Shown here: positions 18,601 to 28,517 of the stretch, one piece after another
Layout: each line of letters starts with the position of its first letter
How positions within the stretch are numbered: the first letter of the stretch is position 1
Source: Paramicrosporidium saccamoebae KSL3
Lineage: Eukaryota > Fungi > Cryptomycota
Direction of reading: 5' to 3'
NCBI GenBank assembly: GCA_002794465.1
Contig: MTSL01000048.1
Location: forward strand, 33,514 to 65,513
Length of the DNA stretch: 32,000 bases
The notes under the pieces: model-generated
What the model was told of the DNA's origin: nothing
The model's database searches: none
Seen by the model: only the letters and a program-made list of their open reading frames with translations
Program-made: the position numbers and the translations under genes

Positions 18601-18960
18601 ACCCGCGCGGGAGGACTGGGGATTAATCTAACGGCGGCTGACACGGTCATTTTCTATGATTCCGACTGGAATCCGACGGTGGATCAGCAAGCAATGGATC
18701 GTGCGCATCGTCTGGGACAGACAAAACAGGTCACAGTATACCGACTAATCACACGGAACAGCATTGAGGAGCGGATGCGACAGAGGGCGAAGCAGAAGGA
18801 TGAGATCCACAAGGTGGTGATTGCGGGAGGAGAGTTTAGACAGATGGATGCGGGCCGCCCCAACCAAAAGGACATTGTGTCGCTGCTGCTGGAGGAAGGC
18901 GATGATACAACATTGCGCAGCACAGAGGATCCTGGCGCAAAAAGGATGCGTCTTGAATAG
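15658..18960 (+). CDS. INO80: Chromatin-remodelling ATPase INO80; 2 exons
   Basis: Exons 15658-16833 and 16867-18960 (1089 aa). DBINO domain (EEREARRQNKKLQFMITQTELYSHF), YEQ|GINGILADEMGLGKT, LDEAQAIK, LLTGTPIQN, QAMDRAHRLGQ. Confidence 0.95.
16834..16866 (+). other. 33-nt GT-AG intron in INO80
   Basis: GTAAGGAAGGTTGTGTGGATCTGATTCGTGTAG contains an in-frame TGA and splits the conserved YEQGINGILAD. Confidence 0.92.
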
Positions 18961-19166
18961 GATAATAAACTCCTGATTGGCTGGTGAGTGTTTTTTGCAA
19001 AGACCAATGACTGGGGACAATTAGGGACTATTTCAAAATAAAGACTGTCGATTGGACACGAGTTGGATTGACGAATGGGAGGGTGGGAGGGACGAGTGAC
19101 ACGCTAGCAACCGAAACTTGGCAACGAAGTACGATACAAAGGAAGGCAGACGGACGATGCAACACG

Positions 19167-21449
19167 ATGGCGTCACCGACAAAGCACACTGAAGACACGA
19201 TCCGTCTTTTATTGCCGTTGCCGACAACGTGCACCCTGCCGACGATGCGCTACACCATTGATCGACTGCGGACGACATTGTCCTGTGAGGTGGAATTGCT
19301 ACCGGCCTCCCGGACCGTATCCGTACAAGGACAACGTGCTCAGGTTATGGCAGCGCGTCAGCAATTGGCCCGAGCAAGACGATCAGAACGCATGACGATG
19401 CGCTATCGACAGCGAATGGAAAGTCCAGCTGCAATCAGCGTCGCCAGGGTAGGCACGGGGGAGAAGGAGCTGAGAGTGCAGGGAGTTCCCGATGAGGAAG
19501 AAATTGACGGGGACGTCACTGATCTGGAATATGCACGATTGGCACACATTATGGAAATGGACGGAGGCGTGCGTCAAGAAATCTCAATCCCCTTGCACGT
19601 GGCTGGACGAGTGGCAGGTTGTTCTGGTCGAAATCGATTCCACACGCTCCTAAAGAATGGAGTATTGTTAGAGGTAGCAGGAAGGATTTGCGAGAAGGAG
19701 CTTGGCCATGAGCATGAGCATGAACACGAAAATGGGACTGGGACTGGGACTGGAAATGAGACTAGTTCCCAGAATCCTCAGCATCAACATCTTCAGACTA
19801 AGTGTACAGTGTTTCTCAGTGCTCGCACTCAGGAGGAACTCGACGTTGTGCAAAAGGGCATTTTGGAAGATGCGGCTTCCACCGAGGCGATGCAATTTGC
19901 TCTTTGTGTGGATGAACGTTTGTCAGATTGGTTATTGTCCCATCGCCGGACGCAGCTGCAGCAGATTACTTATAAAAATGGGACAAGTGTGTCATTGCGA
20001 CCAACAACGCTGTTAGTGCATGGCCATCGACGTGAGACAGTGCGAACTACAGCGGAGGAGATTACGCGATTGACTCACAACTTTCATTCGTGTACATTGT
20101 GGTTGGCAGAACAGTATGAAACGCTTCCAGTGCTGTTGGAACGAGCAGCTCGACAGAGCGGTGCTGAAATCCAACAGGCCTCTCATGCGGTAGACCTATT
20201 TGGGACGCAGGAGCAGTTGCGCACCGCTATTGCCACATTGCAGGCGGCAGGCATTGAATGTCTGCAGATTAAATATCGACTGGGTCAGAGTGAAGAGATT
20301 CGCGATTTTATCAGTGGTAAGAAGGATGGGAAACTGATCAAAATTATGAAAGAGACGGGTGCCTCCATTTCATTGGGCGGTTCAGGCCGTTTAGGCATTG
20401 ATTCCCAAATCGACATTGAATTGGTTGCCCAGGATCCTGACTCTCTTGCCATTGCCCTCGATATGTTATTGGGAGAGTTTCCTGCTGAACGTTCCTTCTT
20501 CTTAGCTGACAGTCATCACAAACGACTGATTGGCCACGGTGGCAGGACCATCCAGCGGGTCATGAAAAAGTATGCCGTGTACATTAAATTCCTCAGTGCG
20601 GAGGAGGCGGCAGCTCGTGCACCTGTCGATGCCATGGCTTTGCCCCGAGTGTTGGCTAGTCGACTGCCCAATGTATTGGTCCGTACTCCCTCAAAGAACG
20701 AAGAGGCCTTAAGTGCGGCACAGGACGAGATCCACGACATGGCCGAGGAGCTTGAGCACCAAATCCCCAAACGCGTCATGCGATTGGATCGTCATGCTCT
20801 ATTAGCTCTCAGTGATTCTGAACGGACGGCATTGGCAGACTTTCTTAGACAGTTTCGAGAGTCATTAGACTTTTCCGTTCCGTCCACCTTTTCAGAGAGT
20901 CCCGAGGATGATGGCGTCTTTGTTATCAAAGTGCGTGGATATCAGACACCTTTGAATCTGTTCTATGAACGGGTCACCGGTGATATGGCATCTCTCATTA
21001 AGCCTCTCCTCCACACGGCTGCCGTCTCTCCCCCGTCCACACCCACTACCCTCCCCTCGCCCACCATTTCCATGCAGAGTAATCTGTCCGTCAGTAGTTC
21101 GGCCAGCTGGACCGCCCAATCCCCCGACCTGTTCTCCCATTTCCCCATGTCGGTGCTGCAGCCTCCCGTTTCAACTACCCTCACTCCCACCAGTCCCATG
21201 GTTGCGCCAACAAAGCTGCCTCAGTTGGGATTCAATCCCACCATTGGCAGTCAGAAGCGCAAACATTGTCCCTGGAACATGGGCTTTCCCAAATTGTCGC
21301 TCATGACGGTCGATTCGCTCTGGCGGAACGATGTCGATGACTTTACTACACTGGTAAGATTTTGTTCGTGTATTGACGTATAGGATTGGAAGATTATCAG
21401 TGAACAGCATTACCGGAGAAGGGCATCCTCTGTATTCCGTGCTCAATAA
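19167..21449 (+). CDS. Multi-KH-domain RNA-binding protein (fungal Mug60/YLL032C-like); probably 2 exons
   Basis: FISGKKDGKLIKIM and GEFPAERSFFL..SHHKRLIGHGGRTIQRVMKKYAVYIKF. First ATG is 19167. A predicted 30-nt intron at 21354-21383 adds a final exon 21384-21449 (DWKIISEQHYRRRASSVFRAQ*). Confidence 0.78.
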
Positions 21450-21818
21450 ACTGTCTAGAAAATAAACTGTATTCAACCTGTGATTTCGTCCATCTATACA
21501 GTCCAAGGATAAAGGGCCTGCGCTACAGTATCCGCTGATGATCGGTAGTCCGACCCAGGTAGCGGAAACTCTGATCCAGCGGGCAATCCTAGTCTAGCTG
21601 ATTGCCCTAATACAGATAGCAGTCCTAATTCAGGTAGTAGGCACACTAGTCACGGCTGTCCTGAAGGTGACTGCCTATCCATATGCCACACTTTTTGATG
21701 ACACTATCTGTATTTGGATTGTTTGGAAAACGTGGTGTAACATGAATTACTGATTTTGGACATATTATTGGCAGAGTACAAAAAAGGCAAAAAATTGTTG
21801 TCATTGTGTACCACTGCG

Positions 21819-22766
21819 ATGAGGCTGGCTTGTTCCTTGCTCCTCTCCACAGTGTGCGGCGCTGCTAATGTTCTATTTCATTACAAGGGAGACTCTCTTC
21901 CTTCTATTGGAGAGAAGGGTGACTTTAATTATTTATCTGCAGGAGGATTTGTCGCCAACGATGGAAATCTGGAACTCTGGAATGACGCATTGCATGTAGT
22001 GAGCCTTCCGTTCAAGTCTTCCCACTTTTCGCTCCTGGACAATCCCAAATTCCAGCTCTTTACTAACCAACATTTCTCAATCAAGGATAAGCTAACTGTC
22101 AAGATGACATCCCACATAATGACCTCGGGCGTGGATAAGCATCCCTTTGGCGATCAAGTCTTCAGTCCGTGTAGCGATCCACGTCTGGCAGCAGGTACAA
22201 TGGTTGCAAAGGACAATGAGAATGGCATTGTTTACAGCTTTGTGCTGGCCGAGGGATACATCTTTGCCGTGGTCCAATCATTGCTGGTGACGCCAGGGGG
22301 ACCGAGCGATGCTCCACGAGCCGCCTATGCCATCCCTCTCCTCGGAATCAGTCCAATGGGCGAGTATAACATTGGAATGCACTTTGATCGGGCAGCTGAG
22401 ACAATCTCCTGGGTGATCAACGGATATCAGCACTTCCAAATGAAGAGTTCGGAATTGCTACCGCCAGAGCACAAGGTGTTGAAATGGGGACCCGATGCAA
22501 CATTTAAATTCCCCAACCGTATCACTGTAGGATTTGGGACTCTCAGCGCTCTGGAATACTACCCGCCCCAATATCCGCCCGACTACCCACCAAACGGACA
22601 GAATGTTGGGATTGCCCTAGTGAAGCTGGCAGCGCCGATGCAGTTTCTAGATCCAAAGAATGATGGGCCAGCACAGTATTTTATTGATCATAGTGATCCT
22701 GAGTACCAGGTGTGGGGACAGGGAGCCATGCTCGATGTTCAGGACCTCATCGTCGAGGCACAATAA
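21819..22766 (+). CDS. Secreted array paralog 1 (type A; DUF6081-like)
   Basis: Signal peptide MRLACSLLLSTVCGA. Motifs SAGGFVANDG, LDNPKFQ, HPFGDQV..P.SDPRLAAG, AAYAIPL, SWVING, KWG, GFGTL, WGQGA. No introns. Confidence 0.85.
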   Translation: MRLACSLLLSTVCGAANVLFHYKGDSLPSIGEKGDFNYLSAGGFVANDGNLELWNDALHVVSLPFKSSHFSLLDNPKFQLFTNQHFSIKDKLTVKMTSHIMTSGVDKHPFGDQVFSPCSDPRLAAGTMVAKDNENGIVYSFVLAEGYIFAVVQSLLVTPGGPSDAPRAAYAIPLLGISPMGEYNIGMHFDRAAETISWVINGYQHFQMKSSELLPPEHKVLKWGPDATFKFPNRITVGFGTLSALEYYPPQYPPDYPPNGQNVGIALVKLAAPMQFLDPKNDGPAQYFIDHSDPEYQVWGQGAMLDVQDLIVEAQ

Positions 22767-23131
22767 AGCGTTATTTAGTTTGCAATCAGATTCAATTGGC
22801 AATAATTCCACCCGGAACCCGCCAATCGAAAAATGCGATCCCATCGGCCCGATTTGTAAGACTGGCAATCGATCTGCCAGTCCATCAACAGACTTGCAAG
22901 TTACTGAGAATCGATGGTGGTTTGGATAACGCCGACCCATTAATTCTATGACAGTCAGGCGCCATGCTACTCCGTTCCAAAGATTCTAGACTGCTATCAA
23001 TCACAAGGTCTGTGCGCAATTAACTACTTGGAGATTGAACATTCTAGACATGTGGCTTAGCATCGATCTTTGGGTTTATCATATTAAACGTAATTTCTGA
23101 CGTATAGTCGCTGATAGTGTGCGCCATCGAG

Positions 23132-24055
23132 ATGAGAATAGCCTGCTTATTTTTCGCGTCAACAGTGTATGGTGCCGGCGTGGTATTTCAGTATAAGGGA
23201 GACACTCTTCCTTCCATTGGAGAGGACGGTGACTTTAACTTTTTCTCGGCCGGCGATTTCATCAGCAATGATGGAACGGCTCGCATCCAGGATGAAAGAC
23301 TACTTATTGATAGCTCCCCCTTCACTTCCCATTCTCCTACGCTCCTTGACAATCCCAAGTACCAAATTTTTACCAACAAGCACTTTTCTATCGATGATTC
23401 TACATTGTCTGTCAAAATGACAGCTGCTGTAACCACGCCCGGTGTGCAAGATCATCCCTTTGGCCCATACGTCACTAATCCGTACAGCGATCCGCGCCTG
23501 GCAGCTGGTGCAATGATTGTCAAGGACGACGAGCATGGCGTCATTTACGACTTTGTGCTGACCGAACAACGCATCTGTGCTGTGGTCCAGTCTCTGCTAT
23601 TTACACCAGCGGGGCCAAACCAATCTCCAAGCGCTGCCTATGCTATCCCTCTCCTTGACACTACTGAAATGACACGTCATCAACTTGAGATAAAGTTTGA
23701 CGGGGTAGCCAAGACGATCTCCTGGGTGATTGATGGACAGCAGCTGTTCCAAATGAAGAGCTCTGAGATGTTGCCAGCAGAGCACAAGGTGCTGAAATGG
23801 GGACCCAATGAGCTATTCAAGTTCCCCAACAAGATCAATGTCGGTTTCGGGACCCTAACTGCGTTTGAATATTATCTGTCCGACGAAAACACTGAAGGGA
23901 TAGCACTGGTAAAGTTGGCGGCGCCAATGCCTTTTATTGATCCGAGAAGCGACGAGCCTGCGCAGTATGTCACCGACTCTGCTGTTAAAGAATACCAAGC
24001 ATGGGGACAAGGCGCTGGGCTCTACATCGAGGAGCTTGTAGTCGAGCGGCAGTGA
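23132..24055 (+). CDS. Secreted array paralog 2 (type A)
   Basis: Signal peptide MRIACLFFASTVYGA. Same motif series; closest to paralog 1 (shared QMKSSE.LP.EHKVLKWGP and IALVKLAAPM). Confidence 0.85.
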   Translation: MRIACLFFASTVYGAGVVFQYKGDTLPSIGEDGDFNFFSAGDFISNDGTARIQDERLLIDSSPFTSHSPTLLDNPKYQIFTNKHFSIDDSTLSVKMTAAVTTPGVQDHPFGPYVTNPYSDPRLAAGAMIVKDDEHGVIYDFVLTEQRICAVVQSLLFTPAGPNQSPSAAYAIPLLDTTEMTRHQLEIKFDGVAKTISWVIDGQQLFQMKSSEMLPAEHKVLKWGPNELFKFPNKINVGFGTLTAFEYYLSDENTEGIALVKLAAPMPFIDPRSDEPAQYVTDSAVKEYQAWGQGAGLYIEELVVERQ

Positions 24056-24603
24056 ACCTGAGAGCCAGTTCAGCATATAGCGTGGCACATCATCCAATAA
24101 ACAAGGACTACATGTTAATAGTATATAGCGTATTGAGGACTAGAATTTGTGATTATACAATCTCGCAGATAGGTAAAGGCCGAGAGGTTTGAGTCTGTCG
24201 TATGCTCTACTCTGGTAGACCCTTCTTAACTATGATATACTTACACCTATTGGTTATGATTGGGCTCGCTTGCCCACTCACGCCCCTTACTGACCGTTAG
24301 TTGTTCCGCAGACGCAAGGAACTTAATGTCCGGCCATCTGATCTAGAGAGATACTTTTAAATGTATTCTACCTATCCTGTTACTGTAATGAGCACAAATG
24401 TTCAATATCTCGCCTCCCCACCAATCCAAATTTCTTCTTAAATTGCAAAGTAGTGGGGTCGTTACTAAAACACACTGTTGATTAGGGTCGATAGTTCCAT
24501 ATAGTACAGTCACTATCGAGGCTCACCTAATTCGTCAGTATCATCAAGATTGCGGTATATTAAAATGTTACTGAAATGCGGGCCTAATTATTACGATATC
24601 ACC

Positions 24604-25548
24604 ATGCTCCTCTGGAATGCACTTCAACTAGCATCTTTCGTGTCCAGCGCCAAGGTGCTCTTCGAATACCAGGGACACGAGCTGCCTAATATTGGCCCGA
24701 AGGGTATTTTTGATTATCCTGTACATCCCAACCTGCCTACAGATGGCGAACAGCTCACAATCAAAGACGATCGTCTTGTGATAAACAGTTATCCATTTAA
24801 GCACACTCGAGCTGATTTCCATGATGCCCTCAAGTTTCAAATGTATACGAATGATCGCTTTAAATGCAATTCAGGAAAGGTAACCGTTCAAATGACTGGC
24901 GGCGCTCTCATGCATGGTGTTGAAGATAATCCCTTTGGGGAAGAGCCCATGCTCTCTCAAATCGACGCCCGCCTAGTAGCGTCAGTGTTCAATGTGCAGG
25001 ATGATAAAGGGCAGGTGTTCAATTTTATCATTACAAATGCCAGAATTAGCGCCGTTATCCAAGCCCCGTTCATCTTCCCACCCAGCCAAGAAGAGGTTAC
25101 CAGCACTATGAGTTATAATATCCCCTTGGTTGAGACGCAGGCGGGAGAAGAACACACTTTGGCCCTGATTTTTGATGCTGCTTCTCAGTCAGTGTCCTGG
25201 TCGGTTGATGGGACAATTCACTACACCTGGACAGTCGATTCACAGATCCCTCAAGAGAACTGTATTCTTAGATGGGGCGATCTAAACCGTTTCACTTACC
25301 CAGGCAATTTTGCCGTCGGATTTGGCAACTACGAAACCTTGTCATATTACCCGCCCCTAAATGACGCTAAGGCTTTTGGTATAGAGTACAAGGGACTGGT
25401 GAATCTCCCTTTCGAGCTACCCCTTTTCGATCCCCAATCTGGCGAGCCTGCCGAGTACATGACTAGCTCTAGTGAGCAAAAAGACCATACCTGGGATCGA
25501 GGAGCTATCCTGAGAATCAGGGACATTATTGTCACTTATGAGGTGTAA
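24604..25548 (+). CDS. Secreted array paralog 3 (type B)
   Basis: Signal peptide MLLWNALQLASFVSSA. Motifs HDALKFQ, NPFG...DARL, YNIPL, SWSVDG, RWG, WDRGA. Confidence 0.85.
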   Translation: MLLWNALQLASFVSSAKVLFEYQGHELPNIGPKGIFDYPVHPNLPTDGEQLTIKDDRLVINSYPFKHTRADFHDALKFQMYTNDRFKCNSGKVTVQMTGGALMHGVEDNPFGEEPMLSQIDARLVASVFNVQDDKGQVFNFIITNARISAVIQAPFIFPPSQEEVTSTMSYNIPLVETQAGEEHTLALIFDAASQSVSWSVDGTIHYTWTVDSQIPQENCILRWGDLNRFTYPGNFAVGFGNYETLSYYPPLNDAKAFGIEYKGLVNLPFELPLFDPQSGEPAEYMTSSSEQKDHTWDRGAILRIRDIIVTYEV

Positions 25549-25809
25549 ACCCTAATTAAAAGTGAGATTGGTAATAAATATTTCATTAGGGCGGACGGAG
25601 AAGAAGATTTTTACTAAACAATATGGCTCTTTTTAGGCAACCACTCTCAATATCACGGCCCTGACGTGTAACTGATATGCACATTCAAGTCTCCAGGCAC
25701 AAAATGCTATTTTATTACAGATACTTTATGTGGGATATTGGTTTGTGAACGTGCTATCTCGTATAAGCCAAGCAAATTGGTTGCTAGCAATCTCATCTTT
25801 TGCGGGAGG

Positions 25810-25892
25810 TGGACCAATGAGAAGAGGTCTAGCTAGAATCCATTAAGATGCAATCTCAAGATACCACCCCCGGATTAGTGGCTGAATTTAGT
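25810..25892 (+). promoter_or_regulatory. Conserved CCAAT-containing upstream block shared by the two type-C paralogs (second copy 29704-29794)
   Basis: TGGACCAATGA...GCTAGAATCCATTAAGATGCAATCTC.AGATACC...GGATTAGTGGCTG is conserved in both non-coding flanks. Confidence 0.65.
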
Positions 25893-26825
25893 ATGCAGTT
25901 GCGAATTCTTCTTGCCTTGACTGCCGTTGCGTCGGCGAGCACCAAGCTTTTCGAGTATAATGGCAGCGGGGACCTGACTGCCCCCCTCGAGGAGCAATTC
26001 CGATATCTTGATTCGCTTTATGACGAAGATACTGGCAAGCGTATTCCTCAGGCCCGGAATGGAGTTATGTGCCGCACCGCCGAGGGACTAGTTGTTGGGT
26101 GCAGTCCATCCCAATCCACTTTCTCACCTTCTATTCCAGGAGCTCAGTTTGTCTTGGGTGCCCGACCTCTGTTCCCCGTCCAACCTGGTAGTCTGGCCAT
26201 AGAAGTGGCAAGCAGTGTCCATATATATGGAGTTGAGAACCATCCCTTTGGTGACAAAGTCAAAGACCCGCACACTGACACGCGCCTTGCGTGCTCCACT
26301 ATCGCCGTGATTGCAAGCGGCCGAATGTTCTTCAGCTTTACATTTACCAATGAGATGATCTATGCGTCAGTTCTTAAAGGATCGACTAAATCCGCACCGT
26401 CAGCCCTTCAGTATTTGATTCCATTGATCGCTACGAAGGCTGGAGTGATGCACAAAGTCAAATTCATATTTAATGATGATCTGAAGCGTATAGACTGGCT
26501 CGTCGACGAGCAATCGCTATTCTCGTGGCAACAGGACACAGTGATTGACAAAAAATATTTAATTGAACAGATAGGTGAAGACGCAGTCCTTAAATTTCCC
26601 ACAAATGAAGTAGTCGTCGCAACTGGAATTTTCACATTTTGGAATGATTTCCTGCCGCTGGAAGGAGAGCCAAAGGAGCATACGGCGGTGCTCGATCCGG
26701 CTACTCCCGAGCCAAACTTTTGCCTTAGTGAGCAAGCCCAGAATGCTGCAAAGTCAATTTTTAAAGATTGGAGCCCGGAAGTTATTTTAACCATCAAAAA
26801 CATTACAGTTACTCGAGAATACTGA
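25893..26825 (+). CDS. Secreted array paralog 4 (type C)
   Basis: Signal peptide MQLRILLALTAVASA. Motifs HPFGDKVKDP..DTRLA, QYLIPL, DWLVDE. Start set by comparison with paralog 7, where the upstream ATG is out of frame. Confidence 0.82.
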   Translation: MQLRILLALTAVASASTKLFEYNGSGDLTAPLEEQFRYLDSLYDEDTGKRIPQARNGVMCRTAEGLVVGCSPSQSTFSPSIPGAQFVLGARPLFPVQPGSLAIEVASSVHIYGVENHPFGDKVKDPHTDTRLACSTIAVIASGRMFFSFTFTNEMIYASVLKGSTKSAPSALQYLIPLIATKAGVMHKVKFIFNDDLKRIDWLVDEQSLFSWQQDTVIDKKYLIEQIGEDAVLKFPTNEVVVATGIFTFWNDFLPLEGEPKEHTAVLDPATPEPNFCLSEQAQNAAKSIFKDWSPEVILTIKNITVTREY

Positions 26826-27351
26826 ATAGACAAAGATGTCCTCTTTTAGATAAAATCTACATTCATTTGCCGGTTCATGAGACAGGTTTTACAGAATACG
26901 TCTCAAGCTCAGATAATGAGCGTATACCGGTCGATCACCAAGCGTTCCAAATATCGATGCATTGCCTCACAAAGAATAGGGTCTAAGGATTGCCTGCACA
27001 GACCGATTAATATCTCTCCAGACCAAAAATCCCAATAAAGGATCTGTCGATGGGTGAAAACTCTCTTTTATTAAAGTATGTGGCTTCTTTACAGGTAGCC
27101 ATTCCTAATATAGCCAAGCTGGCCTGCGGGGCCGCTATCTGGGTCGGACTCATCAATGATGAGTGGACGCGGTTTAACAGGATCTTTACTACTACGGACG
27201 GGTATGGCGGATCAAAATTCCTCAGCAATGAGTCCTGGCTACTACGGACAAGTGTCTGACGAATTAAAAATCTTCAATAAAGGACCGCTACTACAAATCT
27301 CACAAATGCTTCATTTCACAATCTTGGGCCCTGGTTTCAGTGGCGGGTAAG

Positions 27352-28299
27352 ATGAAGTGGTCAGGAATTTTGCTTTCGCTAGCCACTGTTGCGTCAGCGA
27401 GCAAGGTGCTTTTTGAATACGACGGCAAAGAGCTGCCAATTACGGGACCTAAAAAACAATTTGAATATCTACCTATCAAAGATAGGCAGTCCCTGGGCCA
27501 GGACGGAAGACTGAGCATCACCGCTGAGGGACTAGTGATTGACAGCAACCCGTTCAGGCATACAGTCCATTCTTACCAAGACCGCATCAAATTTCATATT
27601 GGATCCAGAAATCCAATTGAACTTAATGGCATCACGACCGTTCATATGACTGGCAGTGTCCAGACATTTGGGGTTGAGAACCATCCCTTTGGCGACCAGG
27701 TTTCCAATCCTCAAAGCGACCCACGACTCGCTGCCGCAGCAATCACGGCCTATGGGGAGACTGGGGAACATTTTAGCTTTACATTCACTAATCAAAAGAT
27801 ATATGCGGGGATCAATGCGATGCAAAGAGATGCGCTAACGGAGGCGATGACAGGTTTTACCGAATACCGCATTCCTCTGCTAGTCGATACGCAGGCTGGT
27901 AAGCAGCACGCCGTTCGGTTGATATTTGACAAACTTTGGAAACGAGTTTTGTGGTACGTCGACGGACAGCTGATGTACGAGTGGAGGGAAGGCTCGGTTA
28001 TTTCCAAAAATTATTGTGTTACCAGATTTGGCTCTAAAATATCTCCCACTTTTCCTCGTGGAAAAACCATCAAGATTGGACTTGGGACTTCATCGGGATT
28101 AATGTCCTACGCGCCACGAGTGGGTGAATCCAAAGAGGATAGAGCACTGGTCATGTTGGAACCTGGCATGATCAATCCTAATGACGATGAAAAGGCCAAT
28201 TATGTTAGTGAGTCAAGGGAGGAGGCATGGCGTCTGTGGGATCACGGTGCTGTTTTCACAGTCGGGAATGTAAAAGTCACCCAAACGTACAACGTCTAA
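27352..28299 (+). CDS. Secreted array paralog 5 (type D)
   Basis: Signal peptide MKWSGILLSLATVASA. Motifs QDRIKFH, HPFGDQVSNPQSDPRLAA, YRIPL, LWYVDG, RFG, WDHGA. Confidence 0.85.
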   Translation: MKWSGILLSLATVASASKVLFEYDGKELPITGPKKQFEYLPIKDRQSLGQDGRLSITAEGLVIDSNPFRHTVHSYQDRIKFHIGSRNPIELNGITTVHMTGSVQTFGVENHPFGDQVSNPQSDPRLAAAAITAYGETGEHFSFTFTNQKIYAGINAMQRDALTEAMTGFTEYRIPLLVDTQAGKQHAVRLIFDKLWKRVLWYVDGQLMYEWREGSVISKNYCVTRFGSKISPTFPRGKTIKIGLGTSSGLMSYAPRVGESKEDRALVMLEPGMINPNDDEKANYVSESREEAWRLWDHGAVFTVGNVKVTQTYNV

Positions 28300-28517
28300 A
28301 TGGATTCGGATGCCACATCATAATTAGATTGAGGTGTTGCGTGACCGTGCCTAAAATATATTGCTAGTCTGACCGATAATTTCACTGAATAAAGCAATCG
28401 CATTTCAAGCAATTTTCTCGATTCGAAAGGATCTCTAAATTGCATGTAATCTAGCAAACCTATCTCATTATAATGCCATTTATATAATAAATGACGTACT
28501 TTATACGACATTGCACA

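Noticed and set aside
21545-21700. S/D/P/G-rich open stretch (SDPGSGNSDPAGNPS…) before paralog 1
   Set aside because: No start codon, short and low complexity; cannot be supported as coding.
22860-22882. 8-bp hairpin GACTGGCA-ATCGATC-TGCCAGTC
   Set aside because: Several stems of this size are expected by chance in 32 kb, and there is no U-tract or other context.
22647-22940. Minus-strand ORF (…DRLPVLQIGPMGSHFSIGGFRVELL…) in the spacer after paralog 1
   Set aside because: It looks protein-like but is short, overlaps paralog 1 antisense and matches no family I recognise.
26826-27351. Possible decayed eighth paralog or small gene (27050-27259) between paralogs 4 and 5
   Set aside because: No array motifs in the frames I translated; the short ORFs are unremarkable.
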